Below, in pieces: positions 35,178-43,841 of a stretch of 64,000 nucleotides of DNA. Both the position numbers and the translations under genes were made by a program. Source of the DNA: a virus. The DNA lies in IMG/VR virus record IMGVR_UViG_3300018007_000001, one strand, 5' to 3'. Under the pieces are notes generated by a model. It was not told the origin of the DNA. It saw nothing but the letters and a program-made list of their open reading frames with translations, and did no database searches. Positions within the stretch are counted from its first letter, which is position 1. Each line of letters opens with the position of its first letter.

Positions 35178-35219
35178 AGTATAAACTAGCTTCCGCCGAA
35201 AACATATTCCCTATTCAGG
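35178..35219 (-). promoter_or_regulatory. family promoter g: CCTGAATAGGGAATATGTT-N17-TATACT
   Basis: -10 TATACT (35178-35183). The -35 position reads TATGTT, but the upstream GAATAGGGAA is conserved. It sits directly after the portal stop codon. Confidence 0.45.
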
Positions 35220-37742
35220 TCATCGGCCCGGCTGAATTTGGCCCTGCGGAGCTCCGGCTCCGGGCTGCCCCATGCCTCCCTGCAGGCCGGCTATGAGTGC
35301 GTCCAGTGGGTTTTGCTGCCCGCCCTGGCCCGGTTTTGCGCCGGCGGCGGATCCAATCATCCCGAGCATCGATTGAAGCCCCTGCATAAGCTCCTGAGTC
35401 TGGCGCTTCTGTACAAGCGAATTCTGATGCTCGTTGATGTGGTCGCGCATTTTCGTCATCGCGTCCAAATCGTGATCCGCTTCCGGGCCGTCCCACATCG
35501 CCATAATGCGGTTCTGGTGATCCGAGATATGAGCTTCGTCGTTGTCCTGGGGGTGAACGTGAATATCGTTCTTGTGAAGCACGCTGGACCATTCATTCTC
35601 CGGCGTCTGCGGAGCAAAGCCCGGCGCCGGCTCTTTGGAATACTTCGTGAAGTCAAGGCCGAAGGCGTCAAAGACGTCGACCAAAAACCTGTACTGCAAA
35701 ACCGGATCTTGCATGGCAACGGGGAAGCCGCGCATGAGTTGCATCAATTGCGCGAGTTCCTGTTTCTTGCCTTCCTTGACCTGGGCGTCATCGGCAAAGG
35801 ACAAGCTGAAATCATACTTGCCTTGGCGTTCTTTCGCGCCTAACTGAGCCCAGCCGTTTTGAAGCTCCCCATGCTCAAAAAGCCCCTGAGCGTCTCCGTC
35901 TGCGACGCGGAAGAAGTTTTGCTCGCTCCCAAACATGGTCCATTCGTCCCAAACCATATCAAGGAATTTCTTCAGATCCTCAGACAGCATTCGCATGTCG
36001 AGGGCCAATCTTACATCGCCCGCGCCCATGAGCAACCTTTGACCCCCCAGAGTCCGCGGGGCGTTGGGCTGTTCCATCCCTCGACCCATCGCGTTTTGAG
36101 TCAAGCCGGTAAGCATTTCTTGCAGGGAAATGAACATCTGCCAGAGTTCGGCGAAGGGCTGCAGGTTTGGGTTAATGGCCATCTGCTTGACGCCGGCCGC
36201 GTTCGCCACCCAAATAACATCGTACGTTTCGTATTTTCGGTTAGCGACGGACTCCCCGACATTCGGCTCGGCAAAAATCGGCGGGGCGATGGAGAAGTCA
36301 ACGGCCTGGATTACCTTGTTGGCAAGGACCGTCAATTCATTCTCGATGTCCTGAATCATTTCCATCAGGCCCATCGGCCAGGCCTGCCCGTCGTTCAAAA
36401 GCCGCATATCGAAGAATGGCCGCTTATTCGGCGTGTCCGGATAAACTTCGTCGGCGTCCTGTATTCCGACAATCAACCTCAGTCGATCCGAGTAACGGAC
36501 TATCAAATTGGATTCGACCATGTATTTACGGATTCCGTCGGTATCGATGAAAGTCCCGTCATCGGTGGGTTTGCTGGGGGAAGAAAACTCTTGATCTTCT
36601 TCGGCGCCTGGCGCCAATCCGGCATTAGCCGGCCGAATCTCCCCGGCCTGATCTTCTTTGCCCGGATCGAGGGCAACGGGCGTGCTTGGCGTTTCTTTGT
36701 TGAAATCGACGCCGGCCATAGTATCGCCGCCCATAGCGGTTTCGGCGTTCTCGGCGGGCGGCTGTTCGGCCCAGCGCCGCCAATGTCCATGCCACTCCCA
36801 AATTTCAATCTGCTCGCGTTGCATGGTCGTTGACGAATCCCTGAGAATTCCTTCGGCGAGGTCGTCTTCGATCAAAGACGGGTCTTTCTGAGAATCGCGC
36901 TCAAGCCCGAATCGCGCGTAGAGAACAATCTTCTTCCAGTTCTGTTTGATGCCCTGATACCAATCGCCCTCGGGATTCTGTTCACCCTCCGGCTCATTGT
37001 CCTGAGCGAGCATGTTCGTTGGGGTATCCCAATACCTCCGTATAATCCATTCGACGTTTTGAATGTCATCAAAGCCGGTCTTGCCTTCAAGCGAGGCGGG
37101 GAAAATAATCTCATCATTTCCGAGGGGCTGAATCTCCGGCCCTTCGTAGTAAATTTTCCGCTCGGTTTTTCGCTCGCCGGTTATCGGATCGACGGTTGTC
37201 TTGTTGTAGAATTTCGTGATCCAGGGAAGATGGGCGAAGGATCGGCCATGTTTCAGTCTCCGGAGAATCACAAGCGCCAGGGGTTTCATACAGGCCATGT
37301 TTTTGAAGACCTGCCATTTCATGGCGAGGCTCACCTTCTTGGCTATCTTGTCGTCTTGTGGAGTCGCGGGCTCGGCTTCGACCGTTGCGTTCGTTCCAAA
37401 GAGGGCATCGATTTCTCGAGCCCACTTCGTTAGAACCAATGCCAGCACAAACGGCACTTTGAAGTTTGATTTGCCTTGCTCGCCGCCTTGAAGCCCCACC
37501 CAGTTACGCCAGGATTTTTCCTGTTCGGCGCATCGGTCAATTCGGACGTTATGATCTTCGATCGCTCGCCAGTAGTCCTGTTGAATCTGGCGCATGAGTG
37601 CTTCCATTTCGCGCTTCGAGAATTTGAGCTGGGTGGTCGGCCGGCGCGGTTTCTGTTGTGTAGGCTGAGGGTCGTTGAATCCTGCGCGGCGCCGGAAGTG
37701 GCGGCCGAGCCAATCGAAAGGGTTGAGGGAAGCTATACCCAT
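35220..37742 (-). CDS. portal protein
   Basis: 840-aa ORF two genes downstream of TerL. Its size, position and G/Q-rich C-terminal tail fit podovirus portals. It carries one acidic low-complexity insertion. Confidence 0.65.
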   Translation of the reverse strand: MGIASLNPFDWLGRHFRRRAGFNDPQPTQQKPRRPTTQLKFSKREMEALMRQIQQDYWRAIEDHNVRIDRCAEQEKSWRNWVGLQGGEQGKSNFKVPFVLALVLTKWAREIDALFGTNATVEAEPATPQDDKIAKKVSLAMKWQVFKNMACMKPLALVILRRLKHGRSFAHLPWITKFYNKTTVDPITGERKTERKIYYEGPEIQPLGNDEIIFPASLEGKTGFDDIQNVEWIIRRYWDTPTNMLAQDNEPEGEQNPEGDWYQGIKQNWKKIVLYARFGLERDSQKDPSLIEDDLAEGILRDSSTTMQREQIEIWEWHGHWRRWAEQPPAENAETAMGGDTMAGVDFNKETPSTPVALDPGKEDQAGEIRPANAGLAPGAEEDQEFSSPSKPTDDGTFIDTDGIRKYMVESNLIVRYSDRLRLIVGIQDADEVYPDTPNKRPFFDMRLLNDGQAWPMGLMEMIQDIENELTVLANKVIQAVDFSIAPPIFAEPNVGESVANRKYETYDVIWVANAAGVKQMAINPNLQPFAELWQMFISLQEMLTGLTQNAMGRGMEQPNAPRTLGGQRLLMGAGDVRLALDMRMLSEDLKKFLDMVWDEWTMFGSEQNFFRVADGDAQGLFEHGELQNGWAQLGAKERQGKYDFSLSFADDAQVKEGKKQELAQLMQLMRGFPVAMQDPVLQYRFLVDVFDAFGLDFTKYSKEPAPGFAPQTPENEWSSVLHKNDIHVHPQDNDEAHISDHQNRIMAMWDGPEADHDLDAMTKMRDHINEHQNSLVQKRQTQELMQGLQSMLGMIGSAAGAKPGQGGQQNPLDALIAGLQGGMGQPGAGAPQGQIQPGR

Positions 37743-37748
37743 AAAGAC

Positions 37749-38000
37749 TCAGTAAGAATTGGCGTTCTCCGCAAACCAGGCGAGAAACAGATCCGGCGGC
37801 TCCTTAATCAAGGGTTGAATTTTCTGGTCTCGCAAGACAAGACAAACGCATGGGTGTCGTGTTTGATAATCGGATTGGTCGACATAAACTGCCTCGCTGG
37901 CGACCAATATGTCCCTGATACGGATAAGCATTTTTTGCCCGGCATCATAAGGGCACTCGGTAGTCAGCACTCCATTTGTCACATCGGGCTTATAGGCCAT
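37749..38000 (-). CDS. hypothetical protein
   Basis: 83-aa ORF between TerL and portal. The ATG lies 11 nt after a TAAACT -10 box. Confidence 0.5.
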   Translation of the reverse strand: MAYKPDVTNGVLTTECPYDAGQKMLIRIRDILVASEAVYVDQSDYQTRHPCVCLVLRDQKIQPLIKEPPDLFLAWFAENANSY

Positions 38001-38011
38001 ACTGGCCGTGG

Positions 38012-38040
38012 AGTTTATTGAATTAGGAATTGCGGGTCAA
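38012..38040 (-). promoter_or_regulatory. sigma70-like promoter TTGACC-N17-TAAACT
   Basis: -35 at 38035-38040 (overlaps the TerL stop codon) and -10 at 38012-38017. Confidence 0.45.
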
Positions 38041-39872
38041 GTGTAGTCGCCCCGTTTTGACCGCTCAATCGAATTTCGCATCCTCGCCTCACGGATCAAC
38101 TTTTGCTTTTCGGCCTCACTGATCCCGTTGCCCTGGCCGTACTTTTTCGGAAGCTCGGCAAGCGGGCCCTTCGGTTTCGTGAGCATAACCGGCGCACGGT
38201 CCAGCGCCCAGGACAAGTACATACAGCCAAAAACTAAATCGTCGTGAGTTCCCTTCTGATGCTCGACCTTCCCGGTCGCGTGCTTCACGAAAGTGTTATG
38301 CTCAGAAATCGCCTGCTTTGAGTGCAGGATGATCCCGCGGTTCATCAGGAACCTTTCGTGGGTCGCTATCAACGTCGGCCGCGTGTTCGGCCTAATGACG
38401 AAACCAACCTCTTTGCGCCGCCGCGCCGTTGCTTCGTCAAGAACCTCATCGAAGTAAAGGCGGTCTGTCGGGTATCCCAGCCGAATCAACTCGACCAAAA
38501 CCGCCCTGCCATTGCCTCCGGAGAATTCGGCTTCCACCACCCAATACACCCAATTGCCCCAGCGCCCGCCATAGTACCATCCGAGATCATACAAATACTG
38601 AGCAAATGGTGTAGGTTCAAGGCGCGTGTGCAACTCGGCGACTTGTTCCCCTAAAGAACGCTCGCCGATTTCAGCCACACACCAATCGGGATCGGGGGTT
38701 CCTTCGCCTTCGTTGATGTCAACGCCTTTGGCGACGTCGACGCCTCCAACGTACTGTCCGCCAGGCTGAGGGTGCTTCCAGATTGAGAGCTCGCCGTACT
38801 GATGCGGGGTAAACATAATTTCCTCGCGCCGAGTCGCGGGATTCAAGGTCATGGACAGTTCGCCGCGGTCGTATGGAACATTGGTGGGCATCCAAATGAA
38901 TAGCTTCGGGTCGAAGCGTTGTCGATCAGAGGCGGCAAAGCTTACTTGCCAGGAGTGGGGATATTCCTGGTCAAACTTTTTCTTGTCCCCCTTGAACTCT
39001 TCGAGCTTTTTCCGCCGCCAATAAAGCTGTTCGAGCTGCAGGTTGTATTGCTCCTGAAGCGCCCATTCCTCATCAGTGAGGGATTGTTCAAACTTCTCCG
39101 GGTCGATTCCTTCAGCGATGAAGTCCCGCCAGTTGTCTTCATCCTCAAAGCAGCCGGCGAAGAAGAACCGATAATCGCCGATCCCGTCCATCGCATCAAT
39201 GCAGTCTTTGTAAAAGGCGTTGTGCCCATTAGCCGTCGATTCCTGAAAGACCATCGTGCCCGGGTCGTTCGGGATCGTGCCAATGAGCGCCGTCATCAGG
39301 CCCCGAATGTTCGGGTAGTAGGCGGCCTCGGAAAGATGAAGGAACCTGAAGTCAAACGACCGCCCAAAGTCCAAATTCTTCGCGGTCGCAATTTCAACGC
39401 TTGAACGGTTTGCCCATTGAATAAAACCGGAATCAACTGAAGCGGAGCGCCGGGTCACGCGCGGGAGGCCGATTTTTAGATAAGGCTTATAAGTCTGCTC
39501 GTACTGGTGATAGTAGCTGAAAAGCTGGCGCGCCGCCTTCTTTTCGTGTGCAAGTATCAAGGCGGCCTGGCCCTCAAAGAAAGGCGTGCCGTGGAAGATT
39601 ATCGCCGAGATGATCCGGGAGATTCCTATTCGCCGGGTCTTGTCGATGATGAACCGAACAGGCTGGCTTTTCCGAATGCAGTCGTTGACCTCGTTCAAAA
39701 ATCGAACCTGCGCGGCTTTTAGGTTGAAGGGTACAAGTTGGCCGGCTCGATTCTGAAGGGTAAGGGCGGCCGGAATGAATTTGCCGTGATCCCTGAATTC
39801 GTTCCATAGATTGAGAGCGCCCGTTATTGTTGCGGGATCAATCGGCGTGTCAAATTGGACTTGAGATTGCAC
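38037..39872 (-). CDS. terL: terminase large subunit
   Basis: 611 aa. N-terminal ATPase region (...FIIDKTRRIGISRIISAIIFHGT...ALILAHEKK...). C-terminal nuclease-like VGGVDVAKGVDINEGEGTPDPDWCVAEIGE...HDDLVFGCMYL. GTG start. Confidence 0.8.
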   Translation of the reverse strand: MQSQVQFDTPIDPATITGALNLWNEFRDHGKFIPAALTLQNRAGQLVPFNLKAAQVRFLNEVNDCIRKSQPVRFIIDKTRRIGISRIISAIIFHGTPFFEGQAALILAHEKKAARQLFSYYHQYEQTYKPYLKIGLPRVTRRSASVDSGFIQWANRSSVEIATAKNLDFGRSFDFRFLHLSEAAYYPNIRGLMTALIGTIPNDPGTMVFQESTANGHNAFYKDCIDAMDGIGDYRFFFAGCFEDEDNWRDFIAEGIDPEKFEQSLTDEEWALQEQYNLQLEQLYWRRKKLEEFKGDKKKFDQEYPHSWQVSFAASDRQRFDPKLFIWMPTNVPYDRGELSMTLNPATRREEIMFTPHQYGELSIWKHPQPGGQYVGGVDVAKGVDINEGEGTPDPDWCVAEIGERSLGEQVAELHTRLEPTPFAQYLYDLGWYYGGRWGNWVYWVVEAEFSGGNGRAVLVELIRLGYPTDRLYFDEVLDEATARRRKEVGFVIRPNTRPTLIATHERFLMNRGIILHSKQAISEHNTFVKHATGKVEHQKGTHDDLVFGCMYLSWALDRAPVMLTKPKGPLAELPKKYGQGNGISEAEKQKLIREARMRNSIERSKRGDYT

Positions 39873-39999
39873 AAGGATGTTTTAGTGAGCGCGCGGTCGT
39901 TGGTAACGAGATTCGTTCCATGCTTCATTTCGAATTTCCCAAACAGAGACGCCCCCAAGCGTCTGCTCAAACGGTTTTTGGAGCGCGCGCTCGCGGTTG

Positions 40000-40027
40000 A
40001 TTCTATAGCAAGTTCAAAGAAAATCAA
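40000..40027 (-). promoter_or_regulatory. sigma70-like promoter TTGATT-N16-TAGAAT upstream of terL
   Basis: -10 TAGAAT (40000-40005) and -35 TTGATT (40022-40027). The ~120-nt terL leader contains the hairpin AGACGC/GCGTCT (about 39944-39968). Confidence 0.4.
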
Positions 40028-40051
40028 AGCCCGGCTGGCAAGACCGGGCTT
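40011..40051 (-). terminator. intrinsic terminator after the glycosyltransferase-like gene
   Basis: 8-bp stem AAGCCCGG/CCGGGCTT (40027-40051) followed on the minus strand by UGAUUUUCUUUG. Confidence 0.5.
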
Positions 40052-40169
40052 CGATTCCATTCAGCACTCGTAATGCGTCAGTGTGTCCCTCACTGAAGAT
40101 TAAGTTGATTATGGCATGGGATCGGGGGCGCGTCAAGGATCAGCGTTTTTATCTTGAGTGGTTTGATTC

Positions 40170-41231
40170 TCATACTGGCATATCCTCGTTTCGCTGTCTG
40201 AAATACGCTCGAATGCCGTCCCTCAGTTTGATGTCTCTGAGGGTTCCGTGATCGACCAAGTGATAAACCCCTTGCCGGTCCCTCTTCAAATCGTGGGTTG
40301 GATCAAACTGACAATCAATTAAAATCTGGTCCCTGGTCGCGTACCTCCGGAATTTTTTCGGCCCGTGAGGATAATGCAGGGCGAGGCCCTTGACGACGCC
40401 TACATTCCTTCTGATGAGTCTTTCGGCCCTTTCCTGCCAGGACATCATCGCGTCAAGAAAATTCTTGTGGTAGCCCTTCCTGATGACGCGCTGCACGCCT
40501 CCAATCAACGCAAAGACCGTGTAATAATCGCAGGCGCCCAAAATAGCGGTGTCGATCAATCCCCCTACCGCGTCCCAGGCATCGCGCCGACAAGCCCAGG
40601 CCAGGCCCGGCGCGCCGGGATAGCCGGGCTTCCCGTAAGGGTAGTAGTAGCCAGCGGCCGGCGGCTTCGTGAAGTCGTACCTTCCGGAAACGTAGTTATC
40701 CATAAAGCCGTTTGCGGTGCCGATCAATTCGCCATCCGAATTCAAATCCTGATACTGACTCCACATCTGCACGAAGGAATAATACTGCAACTGATGGACG
40801 GTTTCATCGGCCCAATCGGGTCGAGCAAACAGCACGTCAGAGTCCACCCACGCGACATACTTCCAGTCCGCGGGCAGCCTCGACACAGCCAAGTTGATGA
40901 GATTCTCTTTGATCCAAAGATCAGTCGAGGGCCAATCAGACCGGAGCTGAATGTTGAACGGATCGTTTGGGGTCGTGACAACGAAATCGCGATCTCCGAA
41001 GGCTACCTCGATCGTAACAAGCTGAGCCTGATGCCCCGCGTTGACAACCATGTCCTTGAAGTCTTCATAGAGCCTCCACCGACTGCGCCAACGAATGGGA
41101 TTGAAAATTGGCGTGACCACGTAGAGAGGATGGTTATGTCTATCAGGGCGCTCAAAGAGTCTGTGCGGGCGGTCAATCAGGAGTTGGCGCGAAGGCGCGG
41201 GCGGGTTTGCTCGGGGCAGATTCGGTTCCAC
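40170..41231 (-). CDS. GT-A-fold glycosyltransferase-like protein
   Basis: 353 aa with GTG start. YVAWVDSDVLFARPDW carries a DxD motif in the usual beta-strand context. The N-terminal VVTPIFNP... is typical of a GT-A first strand. Confidence 0.45.
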   Translation of the reverse strand: MEPNLPRANPPAPSRQLLIDRPHRLFERPDRHNHPLYVVTPIFNPIRWRSRWRLYEDFKDMVVNAGHQAQLVTIEVAFGDRDFVVTTPNDPFNIQLRSDWPSTDLWIKENLINLAVSRLPADWKYVAWVDSDVLFARPDWADETVHQLQYYSFVQMWSQYQDLNSDGELIGTANGFMDNYVSGRYDFTKPPAAGYYYPYGKPGYPGAPGLAWACRRDAWDAVGGLIDTAILGACDYYTVFALIGGVQRVIRKGYHKNFLDAMMSWQERAERLIRRNVGVVKGLALHYPHGPKKFRRYATRDQILIDCQFDPTHDLKRDRQGVYHLVDHGTLRDIKLRDGIRAYFRQRNEDMPV

Positions 41232-41244
41232 TAGAAATGGCCTT

Positions 41245-41382
41245 TCAAGGCATCAGCGCGATCAAGAAAATCGGGACCAAAAGTACAGCGGTGAGGGATA
41301 GCCAAAAAAGAGTTTTCAAGACTCGGGCGCGGCGGCGCATTGCTTCTATTCGGGCTAGGACCGCAAAGGAAACGGAGGTCAT
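41245..41382 (-). CDS. small membrane protein (45 aa)
   Basis: Hand translation gives MTSVSFAVLARIEAMRRRARVLKTLFWLSLTAVLLVPIFLIALMP. ATGA overlap with the upstream stop. AAGGAG 6 nt upstream. Confidence 0.45.
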   Translation of the reverse strand: MTSVSFAVLARIEAMRRRARVLKTLFWLSLTAVLLVPIFLIALMP

Positions 41383-41918
41383 GGGAGCTCCTTCCGCGGC
41401 AAATAGGTTCCACGCTCAGGGTGAGGGAGAGCCTGGATGGATCTAGTTTCCTCAGATGCCGAAGCAACACAGCGCTCATTTTCCCCAGCCAAGTGAAATG
41501 CGCGCGTTTTAGCTGTTCCGCGAACGAGGACAAGGTTTACCTCATCGCCGAGCTTCAGAGTTCCGAAGGCGGCATTTGCGGTCTGGCACCCTAACACGAA
41601 CCCAACTTGAGTACGACCAATGTGAAGGGATAACGCGAATGCATTTTGCTGTCCGTCGGGAACAGCATCGACCACGATTTTCAGGGTTTTGTCGCTGGCT
41701 GCGGGTAGATGGCTACACAGGCTAAACTCGTCATGAGCGGCTTGGCGTTGCTGTTCGTATCGCACGTCCTGCTCTTTACGCATCAGCAAAAGTACGTTGT
41801 CAAGCTCTTCAAGCGTTTGCGGGATACTAACACCGGCTCTGGCGCATACCTCTTGAAGATCGGCCCGGCCTTGCCAGTAGGCAAGTTTTTGGTTGTCGTA
41901 ATGCTGTTCAGTCGGCAT
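41379..41918 (-). CDS. hypothetical protein
   Basis: 179-aa ORF with no recognised motif. Confidence 0.55.
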   Translation of the reverse strand: MPTEQHYDNQKLAYWQGRADLQEVCARAGVSIPQTLEELDNVLLLMRKEQDVRYEQQRQAAHDEFSLCSHLPAASDKTLKIVVDAVPDGQQNAFALSLHIGRTQVGFVLGCQTANAAFGTLKLGDEVNLVLVRGTAKTRAFHLAGENERCVASASEETRSIQALPHPERGTYLPRKELP

Positions 41919-41921
41919 TGT

Positions 41922-42737
41922 TCACCGCCCCTCGTGGAAAAGAGACTTGAGAATCGGCATTTGACGGGTCTCCGTGTACCCGTGTGTAGGCGAAAAGCTT
42001 GGTTCAAATCCAATTTTGGACCGGCGGGCAAGCCGGCTTCCCGCGTGTTTGGCCGCCATCGCCGGGTTAATCTCGGTCCAGTTTCCCGTTGTCGGGTCGA
42101 AGGTCTGCGCGTAGCCCCCGGCCAACACTTGAAAGGACCTGCTCATGTGGCCCCTGAAATCGTACTTCTCGCCCGGTTCGTGGAAGAGCTCAAACCACGA
42201 GGGGAATACGAAATCAGAAACCAAAATACCATCGCCCGGTGGAACAGTTGGGGGTAACGCGATGGCGTAGGCGTACTGATCGTCTTCGCACGGGTCACAG
42301 ACTTCGTATGCCCAAAACCCCTGACCAGCCTGGGCGATTAGATTTATCCCCGGATCGGCCAGCATTTCGAGCAGCTCGTGAGAAGCGCAGACGGTCCAAG
42401 ATTCGCCGTCGTCCATCGTAGTTTTCGCAAAACATTTCCCGAGCGGCTGACCTGTCGGAGTTACGTCGTGATAGCCCAGCGCGTCGGCCTGATCGGAGTT
42501 GTCGAGGATCGCCAGAATCCAAGCGTTTGCGGGCGGCCTCTCAGGTACGGCCGCGCTGCTAGCCTCGACGGCGAGCGAAGGTTTGTAGCCAGGCCAGAAT
42601 TTTACCGCGTAGTCGTCCCCCCAGGCCGGGAGCCAGTCACGGGAGACCTGGATTTGCAGGGCCGCGGCAAGCTGCTGGCATTGCAGGCCGGTGATTACGG
42701 TTGATTCGTTGACGATTGCGATTTGTGGGTTGCTCAA
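41922..42737 (-). CDS. hypothetical protein (possible metal-binding SHELLEMLADP string)
   Basis: 271-aa ORF. GYHDV...SHELLEMLADP resembles, but does not match, HExxH. Confidence 0.55.
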   Translation of the reverse strand: MSNPQIAIVNESTVITGLQCQQLAAALQIQVSRDWLPAWGDDYAVKFWPGYKPSLAVEASSAAVPERPPANAWILAILDNSDQADALGYHDVTPTGQPLGKCFAKTTMDDGESWTVCASHELLEMLADPGINLIAQAGQGFWAYEVCDPCEDDQYAYAIALPPTVPPGDGILVSDFVFPSWFELFHEPGEKYDFRGHMSRSFQVLAGGYAQTFDPTTGNWTEINPAMAAKHAGSRLARRSKIGFEPSFSPTHGYTETRQMPILKSLFHEGR

Positions 42738-42787
42738 GGCGTCCTAGACCTCCCTGTCTTGGATTGGGCTTGAGCCAGTTTGCCGGT

Positions 42788-42976
42788 CTAGGTTAGCGCC
42801 CCGGCCCTTACCCAAGCTGCAACGGGAGCGAGTGTATACCTAAACTGGGGGGCCTTGTCAAGGGAAAAGTTTTTAGCGGGGGTCGGAAGGGTTTTCGGGG
42901 GGAAGATAACGGCAACCACGGGGCCACTGATCAGGCCGAGGACGTACCCAACGAAAAAAGCAAAACCTAAGCTCAC
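42788..42976 (-). CDS. small membrane protein candidate
   Basis: Internal GTG at 42976 with AAGGA upstream gives (M)SLGFAFFVGYVLGLISGPVVAVIFPP.... The longer tracked ORF has an R/G-rich N-terminus. Confidence 0.3.
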   Translation of the reverse strand: MSLGFAFFVGYVLGLISGPVVAVIFPPKTLPTPAKNFSLDKAPQFRYTLAPVAAWVRAGALT

Positions 42977-43246
42977 TTCAGTCCTTCCAGCGCCTCCAGA
43001 GCGAGGATTTCGATTGCGAGAGCGTAGGGCGCCATCAGCCACCACGACCACTGATCCCAGAGGGCGAGTTTCGCGTGCAGGTCGGGGCTCACTTCAAAGG
43101 CCTCTTCGAGCGCATGGTCTCCTTAGCGAAGGCTCAGCATAAGCCGTTCTTCCCCTGCGTCGCCCGAGAAACTCTTCGACGGGACACGTTCGACACTCGC
43201 GATAAAAAGCAACTGAGCTTTGGCGTGCGGTCGGTCGATCGCGGTA

Positions 43247-43420
43247 TTATTGCCAGTAATGCCAATCATGCTCATGCGGCGGCGGTGCGGCTTCCTGTTT
43301 TGCCTGATAGAGCGGGGATAGCGCCGCTTTTTTCTTTGGGACCCAATGGGCAAATTCCAAAAGTCGCCGAAGGATATCGATGCTAAACATGCTTGTCGCT
43401 CTCCGTAGCGGGCGGTTCAT
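43247..43420 (-). CDS. small ORF (57 aa)
   Basis: Hand translation gives MNRPLRRATSMFSIDILRRLLEFAHWVPKKKAALSPLYQAKQEAAPPPHEHDWHYWQ. ATGA overlap with the upstream ORF. Confidence 0.35.
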   Translation of the reverse strand: MNRPLRRATSMFSIDILRRLLEFAHWVPKKKAALSPLYQAKQEAAPPPHEHDWHYWQ

Positions 43421-43569
43421 TTCAACCCCTCCACAAACTCCACCTGGCGCTTGATGAGATTTTCAGTGTCACTCAGATTATCGGTTGCTCTCCGCGCCGG
43501 TATGGGTTCGGGCTCGGAGAATTTGAGCGCGAAGTAAATCACGAGTGGAAGTATCGCGATGATGATCAT
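43417..43569 (-). CDS. small membrane ORF (50 aa)
   Basis: Hand translation gives MIIIAILPLVIYFALKFSEPEPIPARRATDNLSDTENLIKRQVEFVEGLK. ATGA overlap with the 43566..43754 stop. GAGG 8 nt upstream. Confidence 0.4.
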   Translation of the reverse strand: MIIIAILPLVIYFALKFSEPEPIPARRATDNLSDTENLIKRQVEFVEGLK

Positions 43570-43754
43570 TTCGGCAACCTCACAAGCACAAACTCATCGC
43601 CCCTACGAAGAGGCGCGCGACCGATCATTTGGCGAAGGTCTTTTAGTGGGATCCAAACGGAATCGAGGTAATTTCCTTCGTCATCGGCGAATCTGAGAAT
43701 GGCGCAACGTTGAAAGTCGAGATTGTCGGCGGTGCCGTCGTAGATGATTTTCAT
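43566..43754 (-). CDS. hypothetical protein
   Basis: 62-aa ORF with AAGGG upstream. Confidence 0.5.
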   Translation of the reverse strand: MKIIYDGTADNLDFQRCAILRFADDEGNYLDSVWIPLKDLRQMIGRAPLRRGDEFVLVRLPK

Positions 43755-43772
43755 TTCCGCCCTTTGGTATCA

Positions 43773-43841
43773 CGCTCGGGAGCGCCTTAGTGTCAAAGTT
43801 TTCGGTTTTTTCGAATCAAGTTGCTTGACCGCTCCCGAGCG
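43773..43841. repeat. perfect 12-bp inverted repeat CGCTCGGGAGCG / CGCTCCCGAGCG with 45-nt spacer
   Basis: Arms at 43773-43784 and 43830-43841 in the gap between 43862..44146 and 43566..43754. The spacer carries a minus-strand TTGACA. Confidence 0.7.

Noticed and set aside
35238-36833. Plus-strand ORFs of 201 and 324 aa inside the portal gene
   Set aside because: They are antisense to the portal ORF. Their composition is low-complexity and R/G/L/F-rich, and they have no ribosome-binding sites. They are shadow ORFs.
38020-38036. Plus-oriented GAATTAGGAATTGCGGG as a functional plus-strand promoter
   Set aside because: There is no -10 at 16-19-nt spacing and no plus-strand gene downstream. The same bases form the spacer of a good minus-strand promoter (TTGACC-N17-TAAACT). 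It is kept only as a possible binding-site copy.
39824-40060. 78-aa minus-strand ORF upstream of terL, considered as a small terminase
   Set aside because: It spans the terminator and promoter region and overlaps the terL start in another frame. It is R/S/L-rich. It is more likely a structured 5' leader.
40365-41234. 289-aa plus-strand ORF
   Set aside because: It is antisense to the glycosyltransferase-like gene, which carries the DxD motif and a sensible start. The composition is R/G/P-rich.
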